A DNA stretch of 64,000 bases from Gemmatimonadales bacterium (GTDB taxonomy: Bacteria > Gemmatimonadota > Gemmatimonadetes > Gemmatimonadales > GWC2-71-9). This document shows positions 41,004 through 51,642 of the stretch, in pieces. A program made the position numbers and the translations under genes. The stretch covers positions 64,001-128,000 of the forward strand of contig OZ252244.1 of NCBI GenBank assembly GCA_965249575.1, written 5' to 3'. How positions within the stretch are numbered: the stretch's first letter is position 1; each line of letters starts with the position of its first letter. The notes under the pieces are model-generated. The model did not search any database and had not been told where the DNA came from. It saw nothing but the letters and a program-made list of their open reading frames with translations.

Positions 41004-41141
41004 GAGAGATCGGGTCCAATCACGAGAGTTGGGAGTCGTCTGACAATATGTCTGCCCGGAAATGCACCCACCAGACCGCAGCTCTGAGTAACTTGGACGG
41101 TCGCGCGCACTGTCCCCACCCCCACGTTCACCAACGATGCG

Positions 41142-41648
41142 ATGGCTGAGATTCTTCCACTCCTACTGCTTCTTGCGTGCCTTATCGCGGGACTCCTGCT
41201 CGTCCCCTTCGGCCTGCCCGGCCTGTGGATCATGCTGGCAGGGGTCGTCGGTTATGCATGGCTCACCGATACCCGGTCCGTTGGTGTCGCAACCATCGGG
41301 ATCGCGCTCGCCCTCGCCTTCCTCGGCGAAATCGTCGAGGCGTGGCTCGGATTTCGATTCGCCCGCCGCTACGGAGGATCGAGTCGCGCCGGCTGGGGAG
41401 CTCTCGCCGGTGGAATCGCGGGCGCACTCGTGGGGGTGCCCGTGCCGATCATCGGAAGCGTGGTCGGCGCCTTCGTTGGATCGTTCCTCGGGGCGGCGGC
41501 ACTCGAGTACACCCGCTCGCGACGGAGCCAGGTGGCCGTCGGTGCTGGATGGGGCGCAGTCCTGGGACGGGCAGCGGCAGCGGCGGTCAAGATTGGGTTG
41601 GGACTCGTGATCGCGGTCTTTGCCCTGTTTGCGGCTTTCCGGGCTTAG
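41142..41648 (+). CDS. DUF456 membrane protein
   Basis: GLPGLW, RRYGGS, Gly-rich TMs. Confidence 0.85.
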   Translation: MAEILPLLLLLACLIAGLLLVPFGLPGLWIMLAGVVGYAWLTDTRSVGVATIGIALALAFLGEIVEAWLGFRFARRYGGSSRAGWGALAGGIAGALVGVPVPIIGSVVGAFVGSFLGAAALEYTRSRRSQVAVGAGWGAVLGRAAAAAVKIGLGLVIAVFALFAAFRA

Positions 41649-41704
41649 CTGGCAACCGGGAGGTGCGGCGCCCCGGTGGTGGCCGCGACCCCGAACCTTC
41701 GGGC

Positions 41705-42275
41705 CTACCCGAGCACGATGTGGACCCGGTGTTCGCGACCATCCTCGGTCAGGGGAACCGACCCCTCGACCGGAAGCGTCGTTCCGTCGAGACTGACACT
41801 GGACAGTCCTCGACAGACTCCGTTGGGATTTTCGACCTCGATCCGATAGACCGTGTCGCCATGTCGGTAGACGATTCCGAAACGGTTCCATTCTCGAGGA
41901 ATGCATGGATCGATGCGGACCGTAGAGCCGCGCTTTTGGAATCCGAGGATCGACTCCAAGCCCGCGCGGTACAGCCAAGCCGCACCCCCGGTGTACCACG
42001 TCCATCCTCCCCGTCCCACGTGGGCCGGGGCGGAATAGACATCTGCCGCGACGACGTAGGGTTCCACCTTGTAACGCGAAACGCTCGCACGACGACTCGC
42101 ATGGTGAATGGGGTTCAGCAGGTTGAAAAGGTCGAAGCTCTTATCTCCCTCGCCAAGCTGAGCGAACGCCATGACCGACCAGAGGGCGGCGTGCGTATAC
42201 TGCCCCCCGTTCTCCCGGATGCCGGGCAGGTACCCCTTGATGTACCCGGGGTCCAGCGTCGTCCGGTCGCGTCCG
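41705..42275 (-). pseudogene. C-terminal fragment of a GH94 / cyclic beta-1,2-glucan synthase (NdvB/ChvB-like)
   Basis: PGYIKGYLPGIRENGGQYTHAA, YKVEPYV.AAD, GGWTWYTG; only about 190 aa present. Confidence 0.85.
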
Positions 42276-42408
42276 AACGCGATCAATGCTCGTGGTCCCT
42301 TTTCTGCTGGGACGCGGAAGCAGCCGTCATCCGCTGCGGTCTTTTGTGGGATTCCTGCGATCGTTGGCATCAGCCTCGGGTAGGTTCGCCGCCCGACGAT
42401 CCCTCGCG

Positions 42409-42648
42409 TCATCGCAGGTCGTCGAGTGAACAATACGGTACGAGGCCATCGATGATGCGACGTCCGAACGCGTGACAACCGCGAATAGCCGCCTCCTCGG
42501 TCCGGAACGTCTGCGGACCGCTGAACGCGCGCCGCTTTGAGCGGTACGCGATCACGAGATCCACGGTCCATCGCCAGGTGCCGTTGATCTGAAACGTGCG
42601 AGGCGTGATCGTCCACCCGCGATACGTGAGCGAATTCACCGGAGGCAT
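42409..42648 (-). CDS. Small hypothetical protein
   Basis: YRGWTITP..., FRTEEAA...FGRRIIDG. Confidence 0.6.
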   Translation of the reverse strand: MPPVNSLTYRGWTITPRTFQINGTWRWTVDLVIAYRSKRRAFSGPQTFRTEEAAIRGCHAFGRRIIDGLVPYCSLDDLR

Positions 42649-42693
42649 CCTTAGGTCACCTACCTCTCCTGCGTCGAACAAGCCAGCACCGAT

Positions 42694-42891
42694 CTACCGC
42701 AACGGCGTCACCCAATCATATGATAGATCGACATACGGCCGACGGTCCCCAGAGTTCGGCGAGAAGAGTCGCACGGTGCGAGCGGTCATCGATATGAGTC
42801 TTCCCTCATAGACGGTGTGACGGTTCAACCAAGCGACCGTGGGCACGCCACGGCTCGTCTTGAGCTTGAAGTAACGTGTGGGTGAGATCAT
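42694..42891 (-). CDS. Small hypothetical protein
   Basis: 65 aa ORF co-oriented with its neighbour. Confidence 0.4.
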   Translation of the reverse strand: MISPTRYFKLKTSRGVPTVAWLNRHTVYEGRLISMTARTVRLFSPNSGDRRPYVDLSYDWVTPLR

Positions 42892-43370
42892 GTCGGACCC
42901 CGGGCGCACCGCGAGGTGTCGTGCTTCGAGAACTGGCGGACTTCTCCCTTCGGCGAGCATCTCGCCGGGGACAATAAAGGCGGGACCAGCGCTGACGCTC
43001 CATCCCGCCTTATCGGCTCTGGACGGGCGCGTCCGTCGCGGCGCCCGACAATTGAAGCTTAGTCCGTCACACACGCCCAGTCAACGAGGGTGCATCGCTC
43101 GTGGTCCCGATATTGGACCATGAGGCTGACACCTTCCCATTCACCGCTGATGCGTCTAGCTTGGTGAGAGCAGGCGTTCGTTTGGAGCGGCGCGGAAGGC
43201 TAGCGAACGTTGCATGGGGAACGTGGCAAGACGCACGGTCCCCATTTTGTTTTTGGCAGTACGCCGCGCGGTGCGGCGACCCGCCGCGGGGCAACCTGTG
43301 GACAACACGATGCGAAGTCGGGAGTGCGGGCGTTCCGGACCCCAACGAGCATCAAAGAGAGGAATGCGAC

Positions 43371-43583
43371 ATGTCACGCATCACCGGCAAGGTGAAGTGG
43401 TTCAATGATCAGAAGGGCTTTGGTTTTATCACGCCCGACAATGGCGAAAAAGACTGCTTCGTCCATCATTCGGCAATCCAGAGCAGCGGCTTCAAGACGC
43501 TCGGTGAGGGCGAAGCCCTGGAGTTCGATCAGGTGCAGGGCCAGAAAGGGCCGGCGGCTGAGAACGTCACCAAACTCGCCTAA
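43371..43583 (+). CDS. cspA: Cold-shock protein
   Basis: [29 protein letters not shown]. Confidence 0.95.
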   Translation: MSRITGKVKWFNDQKGFGFITPDNGEKDCFVHHSAIQSSGFKTLGEGEALEFDQVQGQKGPAAENVTKLA

Positions 43584-44064
43584 CCGAGCACCGTAACAAC
43601 CACGGTAGCGGGGGTCGCATCGTCATCATCGACCGACCCCAGCGCTACCCGCCTCGTCGTAGACGCCCGCAAAGAACAGGTCGACGGTCGCAACGGTCCG
43701 CATGGCGCGGTGGGTGAGGAAGAGCCACGACTCGTCGGGGGCCGCGACCCTCGGCCATCGGCGGCCAGCGCGGAGAGCTGGATCTGGAGCCTGAGTCTCC
43801 CGGGCGAGGGGCCCCTCCCCAGGGGGCGCTGGCGTCCGGTAGCAATCGCACGAACCTCCCCAGATAACACCCCGCCCCCGCCCCCGCTCCCACCGATCCA
43901 GACCCGCCATCCGGGGTACGCGATAGTGCAGAGAGCACCATGGGCGGCCCTGCCGCGATCATGAGCAGGATCATTGCGGTGAGGGCAAATTCGTGAAGAG
44001 CGTCTCACGCGAGAATGCAAACACCTTCAGCGGGCCGGCTATTGACTTACCGTCGCACGAACAG

Positions 44065-44088
44065 AGTGTCATACATAAGAATGACACT
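44065..44088. promoter_or_regulatory. Palindromic operator upstream of tetR
   Basis: AGTGTCAT-N8-ATGACACT; TTGACT at 44042. Confidence 0.6.
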
Positions 44089-44094
44089 GTGGGT

Positions 44095-44185
44095 ATGACG
44101 GCCCAGCTCATTGGGGCTGCTACCCAGTTGTTCGCGCGCCACGGCTACGAGGCAACGTCGGTGCGCGCCATTACGAGGGCGGGCG
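44095..44185 (+). pseudogene. TetR family regulator, N-terminal fragment
   Basis: LIGAATQLFARHGYEATSVRAIT; recognition helix (YHF) missing. Confidence 0.7.
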
Positions 44186-44467
44186 ACACGCATCTCCGTC
44201 GATTACGTGTTGCCTCAAGTGAACAGGAGAGCGGGACGAGGGCCGGGTTCGCAACCGTGCTGGGTCGGAGCGTGCAGTACCTGGTTCCGTACCAATGGGC
44301 CCGACCCCTGCGTCATCGAATGAACGCGGAGGCCAGTCGTTTTCGAGCACTTGCGCCTTGTCTCGAACGCACTGCGTGCAGCGCTAGTCCCAAGGCGTGC
44401 TCGCCGCCACTTTGGTCGTTCACCGGCGGAGGCTCTTGGCCAGTCCACTGACCGATCGGAGACACCG

Positions 44468-44922
44468 ATGCCAACGTGTCGGGCAACGACAGCGCGCGTA
44501 GCAATGATCGCCACAGCAGGGCTGATGCTTGCCGGGATCGCGGCACCCAGCGCAGTGGGTGCGCAAGACACCACCGATAGCCACACCGCTGTGGTATTAC
44601 CGCCTTCCTCACGGAACGCCGTCCTGGCGGAGATGCGTATGATGCTGGGTTCCGAGCAAGGGATTCTGGATGGAGCCACACGCCGCGATCGGGACGCTAT
44701 GCGGGCCGCGGCGGCGGCCTCAGGAACGGCAATGGCGGCGGATCCCGCGGTCGCGTCGCTCCTGCCGCAGGATTTTCTCGCCTTGGGGATGGCAACCCAT
44801 CCGACGCCCTCGTGGCAGCGATCGATGCCGGCGGCGGCGCAGACAGCGGGGTGGCCCACCTCGCCCGCCTCACCTCGCAGTGCGTGGCCTGTCACGCCAC
44901 GTACCGACTCTCGACGCCGTAG
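44468..44922 (+). pseudogene. Cytochrome c' (class II)-like protein, frameshift near 44800
   Basis: Signal peptide, VLAEMR, LGMATH; shifted frame gives ...LTSQCVACHATYRL* (C-terminal CxxCH). Confidence 0.75.
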
Positions 44923-44949
44923 CGTACCGCGTTCTTCGGAGTTAGGCCC

Positions 44950-46302
44950 ATGAGACCGTGTTCCCAACTCACCGCGATCGCATTCGTGGTGCTCTCCACT
45001 CAACCAGGGCTGGCGCAAGAGGCACCGCCCCCTGGCCGCATGATGCTCTCGGAGGCAGTGCGCCTGGCGATGCAGCACGACCCAATGCTGCGGGGATCGG
45101 CGGCCGGCACTGCCGCGGCGGACGCCGCCGTGGGGGAAGCGAGGGCCGCCTGGTTCCCCACGGTGGCGCTGACGGCATCGGCAACCCAGTACGAGCAACC
45201 GATGATCGTGAATCCGATTCACGGGTTCCAGCCCGGCCAAACGCCCGCGTTCGACCGGACACTCATTCAATTCGGTGGCACCGTGCAGTACACCGTCTTC
45301 CAGGGGGGAGCGCGCCCCGCCCGCGTTCGGGGAGCTCGGGCACGGGCGGCAGCGGCCGACGCGGGGTTCGTGGAGATCGAGCAAGGGCTGGTCGCCCGCG
45401 TGGTGTTGGCCTACCTCGGAGCACTGACCGCGCGGGGTATCTTGGACGCGCACGACCGGCGCATGGCCGCTCTGGAGTCGCAGCGGTCGCGTGCGCACCA
45501 GCGCCGGGACGCCGGCCAGGCGGCCGACGTGGAGGTGCTACGGGTTGAGGCGGCTCTGGCGCAAGCCCTAGCGGACCGTGTGCAAGCGGCCACCGCGCTC
45601 GATCTAGCCGAACGTGACTTGGCGCGACTGACCGGTACCAGGGTGACCGAAGTCAGGGCGGACCGGCTGGTTTCGGTCAGGGCGCGTGAGTACGATCTGC
45701 CGGGCCGAGACGTCTTGCTCACGCGCGCCCTCCAAGCCAATCCCGCGGTCGAGCGGGTCCAACGCGAGGCAGCGGCGGCCGAAGCCGCGCGAGCAGTCAC
45801 CAGGAGCCTCCGCTGGCCCAGCCTCGACATCTTCGGCAGGTACCTGGACCGGGGAGGTGCGGACGGAAACTTCCTCGCGGAGTGGAATGTGGGAGTCCAG
45901 TTCACGTATCCGGTTTTCGCGGGTGGTGCCGTGAGTCGGGCCATCGCCCGATCTGATGCCGAGAGGCGAGCGGCTGCAGAGCATGTCCGCCTTGTCGAAT
46001 TGCAGGTGGCTCACAGCGTCGACCGCGCTCGGTCGGCGCTCCAGGAGTCGCGAGCGCGAGTCGCGAGCCTGGAGACCGCGGCCCACCGCTATGCCGAGGT
46101 GGTGCGCATCGAGGTGTTGCGGCTCGATGCCGGCGTGGGTACGCAGAGCGATTACCTGAACGCTGAAGCGGACTTATTGACGGCCCAGGCGGCCCTCGTG
46201 GAGGCCCGCCACCGCGAGATTGCGGCTCGAGTACACCTCACGCAGACCACCGGAGAGCTCGAGGCCGAGTGGCTCGCGAAGAACTTGGAGCTGGCACCAT
46301 GA
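44950..46302 (+). CDS. TolC family outer membrane efflux protein
   Basis: Signal peptide, AWFPTVAL, YPVFAGG, helical OEP repeats. Confidence 0.85.
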   Translation: MRPCSQLTAIAFVVLSTQPGLAQEAPPPGRMMLSEAVRLAMQHDPMLRGSAAGTAAADAAVGEARAAWFPTVALTASATQYEQPMIVNPIHGFQPGQTPAFDRTLIQFGGTVQYTVFQGGARPARVRGARARAAAADAGFVEIEQGLVARVVLAYLGALTARGILDAHDRRMAALESQRSRAHQRRDAGQAADVEVLRVEAALAQALADRVQAATALDLAERDLARLTGTRVTEVRADRLVSVRAREYDLPGRDVLLTRALQANPAVERVQREAAAAEAARAVTRSLRWPSLDIFGRYLDRGGADGNFLAEWNVGVQFTYPVFAGGAVSRAIARSDAERRAAAEHVRLVELQVAHSVDRARSALQESRARVASLETAAHRYAEVVRIEVLRLDAGVGTQSDYLNAEADLLTAQAALVEARHREIAARVHLTQTTGELEAEWLAKNLELAP

Positions 46303-47296
46303 GCCCAAAATAGTGTCGGGCGCTCGTCTTGGCGTTGCTCGGCGCCGGGACGGGTGTCCTCTGGTTGATTTTCTCCGGCGGTGGCGGGGATGACGGATCG
46401 CTCATCGCCTCCGGAACGGTCGAGGCCACTGAGGCCCGGTGTTGGGTTTCCAGGCGGCAGGGCGGCTCGAGCAGATCCTCGTGCGAGAAGGCGACCATGT
46501 CAGGGCGGGTCAGGAGCTGGCATATCTCGACCGCGCCGAGATGATGGCGCGCCGGGCGCAGGCGGAAGCACAGGTTGTTGCGGCGCGCGCGCGCTTGAGG
46601 GAATTGGAGCGAGGATTCCGAAGCGAAGAGATCGCCCAGGCTCGGGCGGGACGGGATGCGGCCAAACAGCGCCTGACCGATGCTGCGCGGGATCTCCAGC
46701 GGGCCAATCGCCTCTTCGAAGGCGGTGCCATCAGCCGGGAAGCCTATGACAAGGCCGCCGTCGCACACGAGGTAACTGTTAACCAGCACACCCAGGCCGA
46801 CGAACAGTTGAAGCTCATGGAGGCGGGGCCGAGGCAGGAACGTATCGAGGCACAGCGGGCACAGCTGGCTCAGACCAGGGCGTCTCTTCAAGCCATCGAA
46901 GCTGCACTGGCAAGCATGGCGGTCGTGGCGCCGTTTGACGCGGTGGTCACAGTACGTCATCACGAGCCCCAAGAGACCGTGAGCCCGGGAGTTCCCGTGC
47001 TCACGATCATGAACCCCGACGACCGATGGGTGCGGATCTACGTGAGGGAAAACCGCATCGGCGCCGTGAGGCTTGGGACGCGCGCCGTGGTGACCTCGGA
47101 CACGTATCCGGAAAGAGAATACGACGGTGAGGTGATGTTTATCGCGTCGGAAGCAGAGTTCACCCCCAAAAACGTCCAGACGACCGAGGAACGCGTGAAA
47201 CTCGTGTACGCCGTAAATGTGCGCATCACCGGTGATGCGCAACATGAGCTCAAGCCGGGGATGCCGGCGGACGTTTGGCTCGAGCTGGCTTCTTGA
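46299..47296 (+). pseudogene. HlyD/YbhG-like membrane fusion protein, early TAG and frameshift near 46440
   Basis: ASGTVEATE / GRLEQILVREGD, EFTPKNVQT, LKPGMPAD. Confidence 0.8.
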
Positions 47297-48234
47297 CGGG
47301 GGGTGCGCAGCCGGCGATCGAGGTCACGAGGCTGAGTCGCCGCTTCGGCTCGCTGGTGGCAGTGGATGAACTGAGCTTTGCCGTGCGCCTTGGCGAGCTG
47401 TTCGGGCTGGTCGGACCGGACGGCGCCGGCAAGACAACGACGCTGAGGATGCTCTCCGGCGTACTGCCCCCCACGGCAGGTGACGCGATCATGAATGGTG
47501 TCAGCGTCGCCCGCGACGGCGAGCGTGTAAAGCACGACATCGCGTACATGTCGCAGCGGTTCGGATTGTACACCGACCTTACCGTCAGCGAAAACCTCCA
47601 ATTCTACGCCGATCTCTATCTGGTCCCTAGAACGAAACGGGCTGCCAGACTCGAGCGTCTCTTTCGCTTCTCGAACCTCGGTCCCTTCCGAGACCGCCTG
47701 GCCGGCAACCTCTCCGGGGGGATGAAGCAGAAGCTCGGCCTCTCGTGTGCCTTGATTCATCAACCGAAGATCCTGCTCTTGGACGAACCGACGTTCGGGG
47801 TCGATCCGATTTCTCGTCGGGATCTCTGGCTGATCATCCACGAGATGGTGGCGCAGGGAGTGACGGTGGTGGTGAGCACGGCGTACATGGACGAGGCCGA
47901 GCGGTTCGATCGCCTTGCCCTGCTGAATCGGGGACGCGTTCTCGCGCTGGACACCCCCAACGCGCTGCGTGAGAGCATGCCGGGAGATGTGCTCGAGGTC
48001 GCGGTGGATGGGGTGCGGGCAGCCCGAGACACTCTGCGAAATCACCCGGCCGTGCGCCGAGCCGCCCCCTTCGGCAAGCACTTACACGTGGTCGTGGGCG
48101 ATGCGTCTGCCGATGCCCCGCTCATCGCCGCCGCGTTGCGGGAGGCCCGTTTCACGGTGCACGGGGTACGCCCGCTGGCTCCGTCGGTCGAGGACGTGTT
48201 CATCGACCGGATCGCCGAGGCGGACGCGGCGTGA
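47293..48234 (+). CDS. ABC transporter ATP-binding protein
   Basis: GPDGAGKTT, LSGGMKQK, LLDEPTFGVDP. Confidence 0.92.
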   Translation: MTGGAQPAIEVTRLSRRFGSLVAVDELSFAVRLGELFGLVGPDGAGKTTTLRMLSGVLPPTAGDAIMNGVSVARDGERVKHDIAYMSQRFGLYTDLTVSENLQFYADLYLVPRTKRAARLERLFRFSNLGPFRDRLAGNLSGGMKQKLGLSCALIHQPKILLLDEPTFGVDPISRRDLWLIIHEMVAQGVTVVVSTAYMDEAERFDRLALLNRGRVLALDTPNALRESMPGDVLEVAVDGVRAARDTLRNHPAVRRAAPFGKHLHVVVGDASADAPLIAAALREARFTVHGVRPLAPSVEDVFIDRIAEADAA

Positions 48235-49184
48235 ACGAACCTGCCAGCCGCGTCAGGGTGTTTGCGGACGGACTCACAAAGCGCTTTGGCGATTTCGTGG
48301 CGGTGGATCACGTTTCGTTCGAGGTATCGGAGGGCGAGATCTTCGGGTTTCTCGGGCCAAACGGTGCGGGAAAGACGACCACGATCAAGATGTTGGCGGG
48401 CCTGTTACTACCAACGTCTGGACGGGGTCCGGTTGCAGGCCTCGACATCATGACCCAAACCGACACCATCAAGCGAAACATCGGCTACATGTCGCAGCTG
48501 TTCTCGCTCTACGCCGATCTCACGGTCGAGGGGAACATCAAGTTCTTCTCCCAACTCTACAACGTGCCGCGGGAACAGCGGCCTGGGCGGCGAGACTGGG
48601 TGCTCGAGATGGCGGGGCTGACGGATCACCGTCGACGGCTAACCGCGGCGCTTCCGCTGGGCTGGAAGCAGCGGCTTGCGCTCGGCTGTGCCGTTCTCCA
48701 CGAGCCGCCCATTTTGTTCCTGGATGAGCCCACGTCGGGCGTCGATCCCATCTCCCGCCGCCACTTTTGGGAGTTGATCTACGCTCTCGCCGAGCATCAA
48801 ACCACCGTTTTCGTCACCACGCACTACATGGAAGAAGCGGAGTACTGTCACCGACTCGCCCTCATGAACCGAGGACGGCTGATAGCGCTCGATACACCCG
48901 ATGCGCTACGTCGGGCGACACAGGACCCCATTCTCGAAGTTCGAGTCGACGACAGTCCGAGAGCGACCGAGGCGCTGCAGGGCGCTCCAGGCATCTTGGA
49001 AGCCGCAATGTTCGGTCGAGCCCTCCACGTGGCGGTTCTGGACGCTGCGGCGGCGAGGGAGAGCCTGCCTGCGCTACTAGCATCGGAGGGGATCGCCGTG
49101 AAAGGAATCGAGCAAGTCACGCCGTCCCTGGAGGACGTGTTCGTGTCACGAGTGCGCGCCGAGGGTGGGGCGCCCGTAGAGTAG
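48231..49184 (+). CDS. ABC transporter ATP-binding protein
   Basis: GPNGAGKTT, LPLGWKQR, LDEPTSGVDP. Confidence 0.92.
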   Translation: MNEPASRVRVFADGLTKRFGDFVAVDHVSFEVSEGEIFGFLGPNGAGKTTTIKMLAGLLLPTSGRGPVAGLDIMTQTDTIKRNIGYMSQLFSLYADLTVEGNIKFFSQLYNVPREQRPGRRDWVLEMAGLTDHRRRLTAALPLGWKQRLALGCAVLHEPPILFLDEPTSGVDPISRRHFWELIYALAEHQTTVFVTTHYMEEAEYCHRLALMNRGRLIALDTPDALRRATQDPILEVRVDDSPRATEALQGAPGILEAAMFGRALHVAVLDAAAARESLPALLASEGIAVKGIEQVTPSLEDVFVSRVRAEGGAPVE

Positions 49185-49277
49185 CGTGAATACCCCAGAT
49201 GTGAGGGCGCCAGGGCACGGCGGGGGCATGAGACGTCGAAGGCCGGTACGGCCATGGCGGGAAGAGACCGGACGTCA

Positions 49278-50393
49278 ATGAGGGGAACGCGCCTGCTGGC
49301 GATCGCTCGCAAGGAGGTGATTCAGCTCCGCCGAGACACCCGGAGTTTGATCCTCGCATTCATGCTGCCAGTACTCCTGGTGATCCTCTTCGGGTACGCC
49401 ATCAGCTGGGACGTGAACGACATCGAAACGGCAGTACTCGACCAGGATCAGTCCGCCCGGAGCCGGGAGCTACTCGATGCCTTCTGGTCGTCCGGTTACT
49501 TCACCCTCGTAGCTCGGCTCCAGCGCAGCGCCGACATCGATCGACTGCTCGACGCTGGACGCATACGGATCGCTCTCGTGATCCCCCCTGACTTCGCTCG
49601 GGACCTGGATGCCGGTCGAACCGCACAAGTTCAAGCCATCACGGATGGGAGCGATGCGAACACCGCCACGATCGCCCTCGGGTACGCCGGCGCGATCATC
49701 AGCTCGTACTCCATGCGGGCTCGCATTGGGGGGGTTCAGACCAACCTCTCCGTCCAGCCTCGGACGCGCATCTGGTACAACGAAGAGTTGTTGAGCAAGA
49801 ACATGATCGTGCCCGGACTGGTCGCCGTGATCATGATGATCATCGCAGCAATGCTGACATCCCTCACGATCGCCCGCGAGTGGGAGCGGGGCACCATGGA
49901 ACAACTGGCCGCGACCCCAGTCCGGCGTACGGAAGTGGTCGTCGGCAAGCTGCTGCCGTACCTCGGCATCGGACTGATCGACGTCGTGGTCGTGAGTGTG
50001 ATCGGGGTCGTCCTGTTCGGCGTTCCCTTCCGAGGAAACGTGTTCCTCCTGATGGCGCTCTCCTTCGCATTCCTCGTCGGTGCGTTGGGGCTGGGAATGT
50101 TCATCTCGGCTGTCGCTCGATCCCAGCTCCTCGCCACGCAGTTGGCGATGGTCGCAACTTTTCTACCGGCGTTTCTCCTCTCGGGATTCATGTACTCCAT
50201 CGACGTCATGCCGCCGGCATTACAGGCCGTCACGTACCTCGTGCCCGCTCGCTATTTCCTCGTGGTGACAAAAGGGATCTTTCTGAAGGGCGTGGGGGTC
50301 GACGTGCTCCGGACGCAAGGGCTCTTGATGATCGCCTTCGCCATCGTGGGACTCTTCGCGGCCACTCGGGTGTTCAGGAAGGAAATCCTATGA
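49278..50393 (+). CDS. ABC-2 permease (YbhS-like)
   Basis: KEVIQLRRD, DGSDAN, REWERGTMEQL. Confidence 0.9.
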   Translation: MRGTRLLAIARKEVIQLRRDTRSLILAFMLPVLLVILFGYAISWDVNDIETAVLDQDQSARSRELLDAFWSSGYFTLVARLQRSADIDRLLDAGRIRIALVIPPDFARDLDAGRTAQVQAITDGSDANTATIALGYAGAIISSYSMRARIGGVQTNLSVQPRTRIWYNEELLSKNMIVPGLVAVIMMIIAAMLTSLTIAREWERGTMEQLAATPVRRTEVVVGKLLPYLGIGLIDVVVVSVIGVVLFGVPFRGNVFLLMALSFAFLVGALGLGMFISAVARSQLLATQLAMVATFLPAFLLSGFMYSIDVMPPALQAVTYLVPARYFLVVTKGIFLKGVGVDVLRTQGLLMIAFAIVGLFAATRVFRKEIL

Positions 50394-51493
50394 ACATCGA
50401 GCGGGTCGTGGGGATGGTCGGCAAGGAATTCCGTCAGATCTTCCGCGATCCCCGGATGGCGCGGGTCATTTTCGTCGCGCCAGTGATCCAGCTCATCGTC
50501 TTCGGCTACGCCGTTTCCACGGACATCTCAAAGACGGCCACCATGGTCGTAGACCATGATCGGACTCGCGCCTCCCGCGAACTCGTCGAGACACTGACGG
50601 CATCGGGCTACTTCGAGGTCGTGGCGCGCTCCGACCGCCCCGCCGACCTAGTGCGGGCGCTGGATCACGGGGACGCCATCATGGGGGTCGAGATCCCTCC
50701 CAATTTCTCCACCGCGCTTCGGGACGGGACGGGCGCGGAGATTCAGCTCTTACTGGACGGCACTAACTCCAACACGGCGTCCGTGGCTCAGAGTTATGCG
50801 GAGCGGATGGTGCGAGACTACTCGCTCCACGTGAGCGGCTCGCCGCCGCTTGCCATCGATCTCCGGGAGCGACCGTGGTTCAACGCTGACCTTTCGAGTC
50901 GGAACTACAATGTGCCGGCGGTCGTGGGGGCACTAATTCTCCTCGTCTGCCTATTGCTAACGTCGCTAGCGGTCGTTCGCGAGGCGGAGATCGGGACGCT
51001 GGAGCAGCTACGCGTCAGCCCGCTCACCCCTGGGGAACTCATCGTCGGAAAGACCATCCCCTTCGCCGTCATCGGACTGGTCGACCTCGCGGTGGTAACG
51101 ACGGTCGCACTCACGTGGTTCGGGGTGCCGTTCCGCGGGAACCTGGGATTGCTACTGAGTGCGAGCGTTCTCTACCTCCTGTCGGGACTCGGTCTCGGAC
51201 TCCTGATCTCGACCATATCAAAGACACAACAGGAGGCCTTCATGACAAGTTTCCTGGTTTTCCAGCCAGCGATTCTCCTTTCGGGTTTCATGTTTCCCGT
51301 GAGCAGCATGCCGCCGGTGTTCGAGTGGCTGACGCTTCTCAATCCGGTACGGCACTACATCGAGATCGTGCGCGCCATTTTCTTGAAAGGAGTCGGCCTG
51401 ACCGCCCTGTGGCCGCAATACCTCGGGCTCCTGCTGATCGGCACGACTCTCCTTTGGATCGCGGCGCGCCGGTTCCAAAAAGGAGCGACATGA
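50390..51493 (+). CDS. ABC-2 permease (YbhR-like)
   Basis: KEFRQIFRD, DGTNSN, REAEIGTLEQL. Confidence 0.9.
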   Translation: MNIERVVGMVGKEFRQIFRDPRMARVIFVAPVIQLIVFGYAVSTDISKTATMVVDHDRTRASRELVETLTASGYFEVVARSDRPADLVRALDHGDAIMGVEIPPNFSTALRDGTGAEIQLLLDGTNSNTASVAQSYAERMVRDYSLHVSGSPPLAIDLRERPWFNADLSSRNYNVPAVVGALILLVCLLLTSLAVVREAEIGTLEQLRVSPLTPGELIVGKTIPFAVIGLVDLAVVTTVALTWFGVPFRGNLGLLLSASVLYLLSGLGLGLLISTISKTQQEAFMTSFLVFQPAILLSGFMFPVSSMPPVFEWLTLLNPVRHYIEIVRAIFLKGVGLTALWPQYLGLLLIGTTLLWIAARRFQKGAT

Positions 51494-51642
51494 ACACGGC
51501 GAGTCGACCATTCACGGACGGCGTCGTGGAGAACACGGGCGGGCCCGCCGAGGTCAGCATCGAGCTGGCACTCGTGATCGCGGTTCCAGCCCTTCATGGT
51601 CGTCAGGTGTCATGGTATCAGCAAAGAGAGCCAGTTTCAGCT

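Noticed and set aside
41177..42475. 432-aa + strand ORF, and similar long alternative-frame ORFs such as 2308..3315, 30917..31864, 44215..45498 and 47038..48081
   Set aside because: They overlap genes with clear motifs; GC-rich shadow ORFs
43297..43305. DnaA-box-like TGTGGACAA
   Set aside because: Single copy, no origin context
43577..43584. GCCTAAC at the csp stop codon as an attC end
   Set aside because: No downstream GTTRRRY partner or L boxes; housekeeping-type gene
43870..43891. Potential G-quadruplex on the - strand
   Set aside because: Expected by chance at this GC content; no supporting context
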